From NCBI GenBank assembly GCA_964016885.1, contig OZ024742.1:198586001-198650000 (forward strand): a stretch of DNA of 64,000 nt. Direction: 5' to 3'. A program made the translations under genes and the position numbers. Within the stretch, counting starts at the first letter, position 1; every line of letters begins with the position of its first letter. The notes below the pieces were generated by a model. The model made no database searches. It worked only from the letters and a program-made list of their open reading frames with translations, and had not been told where the DNA came from. Positions 1 through 10,895 of this stretch are shown here, one piece after another. The stretch is from Eledone cirrhosa (lineage: Eukaryota).

Positions 1-2000
1 GACCCTACCCCAAGTAGACCCTATAGAGGGACCAGCAGTACAAGTCAGCAGCAGCGTAGTAAGTAAGGCAATCAAAGATATGAAGATGGGGAAGGCAACC
101 GGTCCATCGGGTATAGCTGCCGAGATGCTGAAGGCATCTGGGTCTGTAGGTCACACTATAACCACACGTATCGTTAACCAGGTAATACTAGAAGGGGCCA
201 TACCAAAAGAGTGGTGCAGTAGCATCATTGTCAACTGCTACAAAGGTAAAGGCGATGCACTAGATAGAGGAAACTATAGAGGTATAAAGTTGATGGACCA
301 GGTCATGAAAGTAACAGAAAGAGTTATAGCACAGCTGATTAGGGACTGGGTGAATATAGACGAGATGCAATTTGGGTTTGTACCAGGAAGAGGCACCACT
401 GATGCCCTCTTCCTTGTGAGGCAATTACAGGAAAAGTACCTAGCTAAAAGTAAGCCACTCTACTTGGCATTTGTCGACCTTGAGAAAGCCTTTGACAGAG
501 TTCCACGTGCTGTAATCTGGTGGGCTCTTAGAAAACTAGGAGTAGATGAATGGCTTGTGAAAGCGGTACAAGCCATGTATAGGGGAGCAGTCAGCAAAGT
601 TAGGATTAGCAATGAGTATAGTGAGGAATTTAGGGTACAGGTTGGGGTCCACCAGGGCTCTGTTCTTAGCCCTCTCCTGTTCATCATAGTCCTGCAGGCA
701 ATAACGGAGGAGTTTAAGACCGGATGCCCATGGGAACTCCTGTATGCTGATGACCTCGCACTCATAGCTGAATCTATGGTAGAACTAGAGAATAAATTCC
801 AAACCTGGAAGCAGGGACTAGAAAGAAAGGGTCTCAAAGTCAACATGACAAAGACTAAGGTCCTTGTAAGTAGACGAGAAAACAGAACCCAGATCCCCTC
901 AGGGAAATGGCCTTGCTCAGTATGTAGGAAAGGTGTAGGTAGGAACTCCATTCTCTGCCCCAAATGCAAACAATGGGTACACAAGAGATGTAGCGGGATC
1001 TCAGGAAGCTTAATTAAGAATGTAGGATTCACATGCAGCAGCTGTGCTGAAACAGCAAGCAGCAAACAGCCACAGGAAACAAGTACCACCAATCTCTGGG
1101 AGGGCCCTGTAGAAACAGTAGACAGCTTCTGCTATCTAGGTGACCGAATTAGCAACGGAGGTGGGTGTTCAGAAAGTACAATAACTAGGGTAAGAACGGG
1201 ATGGAAGAAGTTTAGGGAACTACTACCACTGCTAGCTGCAAAAGGCTTCTCCCTCAGAATGAAAGGCAGACTGTATGATGCGTGTATCCGAACAGCGATG
1301 TTGCATGGTAGTGAGACCTGGGCGCTGAAGGTGGAAGACTTACATAGATTAGAGAGAAACAAAGCCTGCATGCTCCGATGGATGTGTAACAGTAATATAC
1401 GTGAACGACAAAGCATAAATGAATTGAGAGAGAGACTGAGCATAAGAGGAATCAAATGCTGTGTGCAGGAGAGGCGGTTGCGCTGGTATGGACATGTGAT
1501 GCGTATGAAGGATGACAGCTGCATAAAAAGGTGCAGAGCACTAGAAGTTGATGGAAACCGAGGAGTGGGGAGACCCAAGATGACCTGGGATGAGGTGATA
1601 AAAGCCGACCTTACCCAATTACACCTCTCAAAGACAATGACACACGACCGTGACTTCTGGCGTCACGCAGTAATACAGAGTACCCGACCTCCCATGGGTA
1701 CATGCTGAAGCATATAAACAATATGCCCCCACACCCCCCACCGCAAGGTGGTCGTGGAGGTGCCACGGCAAAAAGAACACCCAGCCCACACTGTAAAGTG
1801 GACGTGTAGGCGCCACGAAAAAGCACCCAGCACTCACTGTAAATGAGGTTGGTGTTAGGAAGGGCATCCAGCTGTAGAAATCAAGCCAGATCAGTTCCTG
1901 TATGAGCAAGGCATGGTCAGCCGACCAGACACTGCACACAACAGGACAACCCGTCTAACCCATGCTAGCGTGGAAGAACGGACGTAAAACGGTGATGATG
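1..2000 (+). mobile_element. RTE LINE, subfamily A, 3' part with UTR and (GAT)n tail, antisense to the host gene
   Basis: ORF above, 3' UTR with ~47-nt internal repeats, ccatgctagcgtgg hairpin, gatgatgat tail, then (TA)n. Confidence 0.92.
2..1708 (+). CDS. RTE-clade LINE ORF (RT domain with internal PHD finger), open from the window edge
   Basis: YKGKGD..NYRGI, QFGF..GRGTTDA, FVDLEKAFD, GVHQGSVLSP, YADD, YLG, RLRWYGHV and GRPK..W (RTE C-terminus); no stops or frameshifts from base 2. Confidence 0.93.
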   Translation, partial: TLPQVDPIEGPAVQVSSSVVSKAIKDMKMGKATGPSGIAAEMLKASGSVGHTITTRIVNQVILEGAIPKEWCSSIIVNCYKGKGDALDRGNYRGIKLMDQVMKVTERVIAQLIRDWVNIDEMQFGFVPGRGTTDALFLVRQLQEKYLAKSKPLYLAFVDLEKAFDRVPRAVIWWALRKLGVDEWLVKAVQAMYRGAVSKVRISNEYSEEFRVQVGVHQGSVLSPLLFIIVLQAITEEFKTGCPWELLYADDLALIAESMVELENKFQTWKQGLERKGLKVNMTKTKVLVSRRENRTQIPSGKWPCSVCRKGVGRNSILCPKCKQWVHKRCSGISGSLIKNVGFTCSSCAETASSKQPQETSTTNLWEGPVETVDSFCYLGDRISNGGGCSESTITRVRTGWKKFRELLPLLAAKGFSLRMKGRLYDACIRTAMLHGSETWALKVEDLHRLERNKACMLRWMCNSNIRERQSINELRERLSIRGIKCCVQERRLRWYGHVMRMKDDSCIKRCRALEVDGNRGVGRPKMTWDEVIKADLTQLHLSKTMTHDRDFWRHAVIQSTRPPMGTC

Positions 2001-2003
2001 ATA

Positions 2004-2078
<75 letters not shown>

Positions 2079-2230
2079 GTAGGTCCCGGGTTGAGTCGGG
2101 GATAACCACAGTCAGTAAGGTACTCAATACATGGCAGAGTAAATTTTTTTATTTTATAGAAGGAGCTTCTACAGGACTAGTACTGTTTCATTCAGATGAA
2201 ATCTTCAGGAAGCTGGGTGTCATATTAAGT
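2079..2230 (-). mobile_element. Penelope-like element 3' terminus (pLTR-like) next to (TA)n
   Basis: Contains a hammerhead-like core; its terminal sequence resembles 37591-37620; shares TATTGAGTAC with the tails at 3311 and 14904. Confidence 0.5.
2164..2214 (-). ncRNA. Minimal type I hammerhead ribozyme-like motif
   Basis: Minus strand reads AGCTTC-CTGAAGA-TTTCATCTGAAT-GAAAC-AGTACTA-GTC-CTGTA-GAAGCT; loop III contains palindrome AGTACT; stems I and II are imperfect. Confidence 0.55.
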
Positions 2231-2644
2231 TCTGGTATTTATACATTTAGGTAGTGGTAAGGAGGGGTGGTGGAAGGGGGGGGGGGGTATTTAGATACAT
2301 GGGACCACTTCATGGCACAGGCCGTTTTTTCTTTGTGGAGTGGTCAATTAGCCAGAGTGCTTTTTTGAAATAAATAAATGAATAAATAGATAAAAGAATA
2401 GATAGATAAAATAAATAAAAGAATAAATAAAAAATAAATAAATAAAAACCCCATTCAACAGATATATAGTGGGGAAATTTAGGTGGGTTGGTAATAGAAA
2501 TTAAACATTTAACAAGACTCTATCATGGCACAGACTGGGGTGAGTGGTCAAGTTAACATACAAACCACAGGTGGCCAGAGTGTTTTTGTAGGATGGAAAG
2601 AATAAAATTAATTTACATACTCACAACCACATACAAAAACACTT

Positions 2645-2676
<32 letters not shown>

Positions 2677-2684
2677 GTATATAA

Positions 2685-2725
<41 letters not shown>

Positions 2726-2771
2726 TAATATACATATACACACACATATATATATACACATATATATACAT

Positions 2772-2812
<41 letters not shown>

Positions 2813-2833
2813 TATACATATATATACACACAT

Positions 2834-2867
<34 letters not shown>

Positions 2868-2879
2868 ATATACATACAG

Positions 2880-2912
<33 letters not shown>

Positions 2913-2983
2913 TATATATACATATATATACATACACACACACACATATATATATATACACATATATATACATATATATACAT

Positions 2984-3036
<53 letters not shown>

Positions 3037-3045
3037 TATACATAC

Positions 3046-3102
<57 letters not shown>

Positions 3103-3377
3103 TATACATACAGATATATATATATATAGGATTGAGTAGGACCCCAACGGCTGAGCTCAAGCCGTTTCGACGACTAATTCTGGACTAAAAGAAAAAAAAA
3201 AAAAAAAATTTTTTTTTCTTTTAAATTTAGCCCAGAATTAGCCATCGAAACGGCTTGAGCTCAGCCGTTGGGGTCCTACTCGTTCCTATTACCCACTCTA
3301 CTACCCTAAGTATTGAGTACTTTGGTGCGTTATGGTCCATCTGGTTCCTTACCACATTACCTTCGTTATATATATAT

Positions 3378-3434
<57 letters not shown>

Positions 3435-3549
3435 TATATATATATATACACACATATATATACATATATATATACATACACACATATATATACATACAGA
3501 TATATATATATATATACACACATATATATACATACACACATATATACAT

Positions 3550-3600
<51 letters not shown>

Positions 3601-3621
3601 TATACATACATATATATACAC

Positions 3622-3708
<87 letters not shown>

Positions 3709-3715
3709 TATACAT

Positions 3716-3762
<47 letters not shown>

Positions 3763-3813
3763 TATACATACACACACACATACAGATATATATATATACA
3801 CATATATATAAAT

Positions 3814-3854
<41 letters not shown>

Positions 3855-4157
3855 TACATACATACAGATATATATATACACATATATATACATACACATA
3901 TATATACATACACACATATATATATACACATATATATACATACACACATATATACACATATATATACATACACACATATATACACATATATATACATACA
4001 CACACACACACACATATATATATAAATACATATATATAAATACATATATATATATAAATACATATATATATATATGTGTCTACATACATATATATGTATA
4101 TATGTATATACATATATATATATATGTCTATATCTATATATACATGTATATATGTAA
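2645..4157. repeat. Compound (TA)n/(CA)n microsatellite field, interrupted at 3128-3367
   Basis: Directly visible; source of the spurious YIYI/THTH ORFs. Confidence 0.97.
3128..3367 (+). mobile_element. Short fold-back element in (TA)n carrying the 3' half of a hammerhead; probable inverted Penelope-like pLTR remnant
   Basis: ~60-bp inverted arms (3127-3190 / 3227-3288) around an A/T run, then an ~80-bp tail; second copy at 14782-14960. Confidence 0.6.
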
Positions 4158-4181
4158 ATAAAGAATTCTTGGTTAACTTAC

Positions 4182-4513
4182 TAAACTGTGGTGTAATTTA
4201 AGTTTAACTTCCTTTTGTTCTGGCTCTGATTGAACTATGTCTTGTACCTCAAGGTTTGCATCGGACTCCGTTCCAGTCTCATCCACTTTGGTCACCACAA
4301 ATCGTGGAATTGGCTGTTGCAACTTGGGTGAGGAGGACTTGCGACCAAATCCCGGTGATGACACCGTTCTGTACCTCCCTGGTGATGGTGGAGGAGATAG
4401 TGTCTGTGACGAAGGCTTACGATCATTCAGCAAACTCTGGTTACTGCTCAGATGTAACCATAGCAATCGTTCCAACTCGAATCTTTGAATGGAACCAAGA
4501 AGAATCATTGATT
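4182..4513 (-). CDS. CLCN2: ClC-2-like exon (end of CBS1 plus Ser/Pro-rich inter-CBS linker): [18 protein letters not shown]...KLKLHHSL
   Basis: ESMILLGSI matches the ClC-2 CBS1 end; TTCCAG acceptor, GTAAGT donor; lies in ORF 4173..4508. Confidence 0.88.
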
Positions 4514-4778
4514 CTGGAAATAGAATTAAATGACATCATTAACATCAATTTGAAGAAATAAATAATCCATATTTTTGGACTATAAGAATTATATATAATG
4601 TGTATGATCCTATATGGTCACGGAGCACTGGACAATAAAACTAAAAACCAGTAACAACTATGAAGTATGTATAAGAGTTATATATTGTGATATATGAGTC
4701 ATTGAAACCTCTTTAGTGATGGTGCCATAACTTATACATGGTGGTCATTATATATTAAAAAAAAATATTTTCAAATGC

Positions 4779-5557
4779 AAATATGAACTGTAAAAATAGA
4801 AATCTGATATACTGTATCAAATGCCCAAATTGCAAAGAAATATACATTGGTCATTGAGAATTCATTATCAGAACACATGTGAGCAGGGCTGGATTTATGG
4901 GGGGCAAATTCCCCTAGTCCCCTTGCAGTGGGGAGCCCCACCAGCAACAGCTGTAGCAATTTATTTGTGCCCTCAGCTGGGCTTTTTAGTTTTAGGATGG
5001 TTAGAATTTTTTAATTTAATACCTGCATGTATAGCTTCAATTCCAATTACTTGCACAAAGCTAACTTTGATATGTAAAATTGGGGGGTTTGCTGTGTATT
5101 CTAATTTTTTGTGTATGAGGGGTCCCAGGCTCCCTAAGGTCTAAATCTAACCCTGCATGTGAGTACACTACCATAAAGATTAGGGATCTGAATATCAGTA
5201 GTCATTTGGAAATGTGTTGCAATAAAATATTTTTAATATTCCCATTTTATAAACTATACAACTCAAGTGAAATTAAGAGAATTTTATAGAAAAGTTCAAA
5301 CCAGTTCTGAATGATCACTGTTACTGATTCACTTTGATTTAGTTTCATTCAATTCAATTTAGGTTAAATTGATGTATTCTGTAATTCTTATTACCTGGGA
5401 CTAGGTTATAGGTTATCTCCCTTTAATTTAGGTACACTGTAAAAATAGCACCCCAACTATGAAATTCACAAATGACACCTACATATTGTAACCAAATCAA
5501 TACACATCAAGATAATGTGCTGATCTTAACATTCACCTGAAGAGTATCTCAGGATAT
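4779..5557 (+). pseudogene. Decayed Penelope-like element 3' end: GIY-YIG endonuclease relic plus 3' region
   Basis: Translates NMNCKNRNLIYCIKCPNCKEIYIGH*; after the MITE it gives SHLEMCC..IFPFYKL and FIEKFKPVLN; CTGAAGA-GTATC-tcag-GATAT at 5537-5557. Confidence 0.75.
4884..5155. mobile_element. hAT-type MITE inserted in the GIY-YIG relic
   Basis: TIRs CAGGGCTGGATTTA / TAAATCTAACCCTG; perfect 8-bp TSD CATGTGAG (4876-4883, 5156-5163). Confidence 0.85.
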
Positions 5558-5559
5558 AT

Positions 5560-6349
5560 CATCATCGTTTAACGTCTATTTTCCACGCTAGCATGGGTTA
5601 GATGTCGAGTCAGGTGACCGTGTGTTGCTCATAGAGAACTGATTTTGGCTTGGTTTCTATGGTTGGATGCCCTTCCCAACACCAACCACATTTACAGTGT
5701 GTACTGGGTGTTTTTGTCGTGACACCTACACAACCACTTTACAGTGTGGGCTGAGCACTTCTATATACATATATAAATAGTTTGACATAACTTTGCACTA
5801 TCAGCAGTTTCAAGATAAAAACACATCTATATGATCAGGTGCATTTGGTGATTTTGACGTTTTCATCTTGAAATTGTTGGTAATAGGGGATTATATTTAA
5901 CCCATGCTAGCATGGAAAATAGACGTTAAACAGTGATGAAACTAATATACATCATCGCTGTATTGTATTGTTTTCCTGTGTGGTTTTCCCCGATGACACA
6001 CACACATTTATATATATATATATATATATCATCATCATTTAACGTCCATCTTCCACATTAGCATGGGTTAGACGGTTTTGTTCCATTTGATGCGGGATTG
6101 GTCGGGAGACTGTGTCTCGCTTGTACGCAAGTGTCTCTGGCAGGTTTTCTATGGCTGGATGCCCTTCCTAACACCAACCACTTTTACAATGTAGACTGGG
6201 AGCCTTTTTACCATGTCTCCCACATGACCACTTTACACGGAAATGGGAGGATGAGGTAGGATTCTGGGGTGGGGTGTTTATTGGGTTAAGAGGTGCTTAC
6301 TGACTATAGGTTTGTATGCAAGGGAAGGCGCCAAGGATCTCAATCCAGT

Positions 6350-6380
<31 letters not shown>

Positions 6381-6610
6381 GACAAAAAGCGCCAGTCTAC
6401 AGTGTGAAATAGTCGTGTGTCACAACAAAAAGCACCTAGTACACACTATAAATCTGGTTGGCATTAGGAAGGGCATCCACTTATAGAAACCTAGCCAAAA
6501 TCATTTCTGTGTTAGCAAATCATAGTCCTCTGACCTCTGATCTTTCTATGGGAGAACCCACCCCTACCCATGCTAGCATGGAAAATAGGCGTTAAACGAT
6601 GATGATAATT
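5560..6610. mobile_element. Cluster of short RTE 3'-end fragments or RTE-tailed SINEs in both orientations
   Basis: Repeated ccatgctagcatggaaaatagacgttaaac(gat)n tails and ggaagggcatcc motif. Confidence 0.75.
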
Positions 6611-6909
6611 ATTTTTTTTACTTTTGGCACAGGGTCAGCAATTATCCGAGTGCATTACTGGTGCTTTATTTTATCGACCCCCATAAGGATGAAAAGCAAA
6701 GTTAACCTCGGCGGGATTTGAACCCAGAACGTAAAGGGCCACAACTCTATGCTGCAAAGCATGGTGTCTGACGCTCTACTAATTCTGCCATGGGCATTAA
6801 ACGATGATGATGATTGTTGTTAAAACTATATCATAACTTATGCTGCCATAGCCTTGAGAGCATGAATACAAGAGAGGAATAATAGATAGGAATAGTTCAG
6901 TTTACTTAC

Positions 6910-7043
6910 CAGGAGTATCAACTAGTGGATAAGATTTGAAAGAAGAGTTTGTAAGTAACTCTTGCAGATCATAGTATGTTGATAGAAATGTTATATAACT
7001 AATGTCTTTTATCATTATGTCTTCCACAAAAACAGTCCACGCA
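6910..7043 (-). CDS. CLCN2: ClC-2-like exon (CBS1): AWTVFVEDIMIKDISYITFLSTYYDLQELLTNSSFKSYPLVDTP
   Basis: VEDIM..D and PLVD CBS1 motifs; CTCCAG acceptor, GTAAGT donor. Confidence 0.93.
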
Positions 7044-7856
7044 CTGGAGAAATTATAGAAAAGAAAGACATTAAGCATGAACAAACAAATAAACATGAGT
7101 TAGACAAGACTTTTGGATGATGATGATAATGATGAAAGTGATGATGATAGTTTGAAGAAGAAAAAAAGAGTGGTGAGGGTTGGGAAAAAATAGCTCTTTT
7201 CGTTGACATATTTCTAATAAGATGACACCAACAATTATCAAATCATTTTGAAAATAACAAGTATTTGGAAGGATTTAGTAATATCACTATGAAACTGTTG
7301 TTTGGAACATGGTTAAACAAACGTTCTCACATAAAGTTATGATGGAAGGTTTGTAGATAAATACAAAAACTTTAACCACTGCCTATGATCTTCAAATCAT
7401 TTTGAAAATATCAGGTGTTTAGAGGGATTTAGTAATAATATAACTAACTTTCTCATTATTAAACTGGTTTGGAACATAAAATAACAAAGGTTCTGACACA
7501 AAATTATTATGGAAGGTTTATATATATAAAAAAGGGTTGAGAGAAGCCTTCAGTGGGTCAAAAACAGGACAACCTCCCTAGTGCTGGTGCCATGATGAAA
7601 TGCACCCAGTACACTCTGTAGTGTGCAACAATGTATATGAACAAGATGTGGACTCTGGTCCATCTGAGAGGTCAGTCGCCCCAGCTAAATACCAACATGG
7701 TCTGTGATGACTGATCCAACCCTAGTTAGTAGAGACAACGAACGGACATTAACTGATAGACAATAAACACTTTAAAATAGACAATTTTGTATCATAGAAC
7801 CAAAGGTGGTTTCTGGTGGCTTTGTGTCAATAGGGTTAACTTAAGAAAATACCTAC

Positions 7857-7972
7857 TCTTGCTTTGTGTTGATCAGATCAGGTAAGTAAGGCAGCCGTTT
7901 CAACCGTATGATGCTGTCATAGAAAGAAGGTTGCAAAAAATGTGCAACTGCATTAGCAATCAATACAGCTAC
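7857..7972 (-). CDS. CLCN2: ClC-2-like exon: [38 protein letters not shown]
   Basis: Helix Q/R with the central Tyr (PSFYDSII) and LPYLP; TTGCAG acceptor, GTAGGT donor. Confidence 0.94.
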
Positions 7973-8454
7973 CTGCAAGAATAAAAGTGAGAAAATGTTG
8001 TTGGCCATAGAAGGTAAATTTTATAGCAGTATTTCTAGATTGAAGGAGAAGGAGGAGGAAAAGAAGAAAAAGAAAGAAAGAAAGAAAGAAAGAAGAAGTA
8101 AAAGCCCCTTAATTCTTATCATTAAGGATTTCAAATTTAAGCACTAGGCCATTAAATTTTGAGAGGAGGGGGAAGTTAATTATATTGATCCCATTACTTT
8201 ACTGGTACTGTGTTTTATTACCCCCGAAAAGATGAAAGGCAGGATTTCCAACTAGAACATAGTGGACCATAATAGTGCAATGCATTTAATCTGATGCTAC
8301 AATGCCTCTGATAATCCATCACTTTTAAGATTAATAGTAATTTCTGTATTGGCCACTGGGGCTGTAAAACATTAATGATAATAATTCTTTCTAGTGTTGG
8401 CACAAAGCCAGCAATTTTGGGGAATGGGTAAGTCGATTATATCTACCCCAGGAC

Positions 8455-8705
8455 TTAGCTAAAGTCTGTCTCAAACCAGGAGGTTCGTCAGGCCAGTGCT
8501 TATCCTGGGTTCATGGTGCGAAGCGACTGAGAGTACAAGACTTTTTCCTGGATAGGATGCCAGCCCATTGCAGGGTTAAACCCCCAGTTATTGCTGGTAA
8601 TCATTTTCAGCTGTGTATACTGGAGCAAGAACACAACACACAACCCAGCGCAGAAATTGAACCTACGACATTATGAATGTAAGTCCAACACCCTTACCAC
8701 TTAAC
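8455..8705 (-). mobile_element. tRNA-derived SINE of a second family, nested in another SINE
   Basis: Minus strand has A/B-box-like head (ggttcaat) followed by ttgtgttcttg; it interrupts a SINE of the 46505 family. Confidence 0.5.
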
Positions 8706-9020
8706 TGGCACTTGGAAAGATGTAAGGCCTAGGTGGGAATTTAACTTAGAAAGTCCTAAATAGATACCGCAAAGCATTTTGTCTGACGCTCTAGCGATAC
8801 AGCTAACCCACTACTCTATAAATAATAATTATTTCTACTATAAGCACAAGGCCAGCAATTTTGGGAGAGGGGAAAGTCGATTAAATCAACCCCAATGTGT
8901 TACTGGTATATAATTTTTCTCGACCCCGAAAGGATGAAGGGAAGGTTAACCTAAGAATGAGTTGAACTTAGAAAATCATAAATAACAATAGTAATAACAA
9001 CAACAAAAAGAGCAACTTAC

Positions 9021-9118
9021 CACAGCAGGTAAAACATGGCTTATCTGACCTGTTAGTTCAAATACTATCACAGATGTGGATATTGTACGCGTTACACTTC
9101 CAGACAACGCTGCTGCCC
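9021..9118 (-). CDS. CLCN2: ClC-2-like exon: [33 protein letters not shown]
   Basis: VIVFELTGQ motif; TTTCAG acceptor, GTAAGT donor. Confidence 0.95.
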
Positions 9119-10063
9119 CTGAAATAGTTGATCAGAAGAATAGTATTTAAAAAGGAGTAAACCTGTTCCTTTAATAATGGTTTCTAATTTAGGTACAAAG
9201 TCAACAATTTTAGGGGATGGGAAGGTCAAATCAACCCCAGTGCATTACTGGTATTTTATTTTATCGACCCAGTAAGGATGAAAGGTAAAGCCAAGCACAC
9301 AGTAAATGTGGTTGGCGTTAGGAAGGGAATCCATTGGTAGAAACTAAGCCAAAATCGGTCTAGTGTGAGCAAGGCATGGTCATCTGATCTGGCTTGGCTC
9401 ACATCTGGACAACTCGTTTAATCCATGATAACATGGAAAATCATCATCATCATCACCATTTTACGTCCGCTTTTCCCTGCTTGCAAGGGTGGGACGGAAA
9501 TGGATGCTAAATGGTGATCATATATATATATATATAAATATAAAAAATCACCATCATTTAATGCCTATTTTCCATACTTGCATGGGTTTAACAGGTTGAC
9601 ACATTATGAGACTATATATAATGCACCCAGTATCATCTGAGAAAGGTATTCAGAAGGACAAATCATGAGAAAATATAATAATAATAGTAATTGTTTCTAC
9701 TTTTGGCACAAGGCCAGCAATTACCCAGTGTATTACTAGTACTTTATTTTATCGACCCCTGTAAGGATGAAAGGCAAAGTTAACCTTGGCGGGATTTGAA
9801 CTCAGACTGCCAATCTACCGCCTATAATAATAATAATAATGAAAATTATTGTGTACAGTGCTCAGGTGAACTACAACTACAATGCAAGATGTAGTTATCT
9901 AACCAAGTCTTGTCTCGGATTATGACAACCAACATGGGAAGTGGATGTAAAAGGATGATAATATATGTATTGATATATATTTATGTAGGATACATTTATT
10001 TGTGCTTGTGTGTATGTGTATATACATAGATATATATATATCTATATATATATATATACATAC

Positions 10064-10174
10064 CGACTACAGCATATCCTCCAGGGACTATTTTTCGAAC
10101 AACATCTCCACTCCGAATCCCTTCTGGAAACCATGTAGACATGCTCTCACCAACCAACCTACCAAATGCAGCCC
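10064..10174 (-). CDS. CLCN2: ClC-2-like exon: [37 protein letters not shown]
   Basis: [10 protein letters not shown] and PGGYAVVG motifs; AAG acceptor, GTATGT donor. Confidence 0.94.
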
Positions 10175-10895
10175 CTTCACAAAAGATAAATTATTTATAC
10201 ATGTTAGAACAATCTAGAACAACTGCAATTCAATTAAGTTATACATTTTGTTATTTTTATAAAAATATAAATACTTTAGAACAAATAATTATACATTGTA
10301 GAACCAGGAACAGTTTCATCAAGTTTGGTATCAAAAGGATTAAATGTCAGAATACATATTTGTAGGAATTCACTGGAGTTTTTTGCAAAATACCTATACG
10401 AATTGTGACAATAATTATGTGTAGCATATAGAGAAGAGGAGAAATTTAGAGGGGAGGGAGGGCTTCAGTCAATTAAATGGCCCCCAGTATTTGACTTGTA
10501 TTATATTTTATGACCTCAGATAGATGAAAAGCAAAATTGACTTTGGCAGGATTTGAACTCAGAATGTTAAGAACCGAAAGAAATACTTCAAAGAATTACT
10601 GATTCTGCAATTCTACTGCTTATAATGATGTTGCTCTCAGAAACAAATTTTAACCATGCCAAAATATTTTACATTTTCTGAGCTCAAATGTTTGCCATGG
10701 TCATATTTCACTTTCATCATAATTCTGATTCATTAGAAATCAACAGGTTGGTCACTAATTTCTTTTGAGTGCATCTGATGACCATCTCTACTGAATATGT
10801 GTTAGATATGACAGAGATAGGAATCCGACAAAAGACATGAAAGCCTGGTTCTCAGAAAACAAAGACAAAATGATAAAACTATAGAATTTACGAAC

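Noticed and set aside
460-1578. Antisense ORFs over RTE copies (also 19041-19991, 27335-28012, 53094-53666)
   Set aside because: Shadow frames of the RT coding strand with no recognisable motifs.
2593-4161. Long YIYI/THTH/VCVY ORFs on both strands
   Set aside because: Translations of (TA)/(CA) microsatellite, which lacks stop codons.
7851-7856. Alternative donor 4 nt downstream (GTAG-GT)
   Set aside because: Would include an in-frame TAG and break the phase with the next exon.
10776-10835. CTGATGA followed by a hairpin
   Set aside because: No GAAA box, cleavage triplet or stem I in register.
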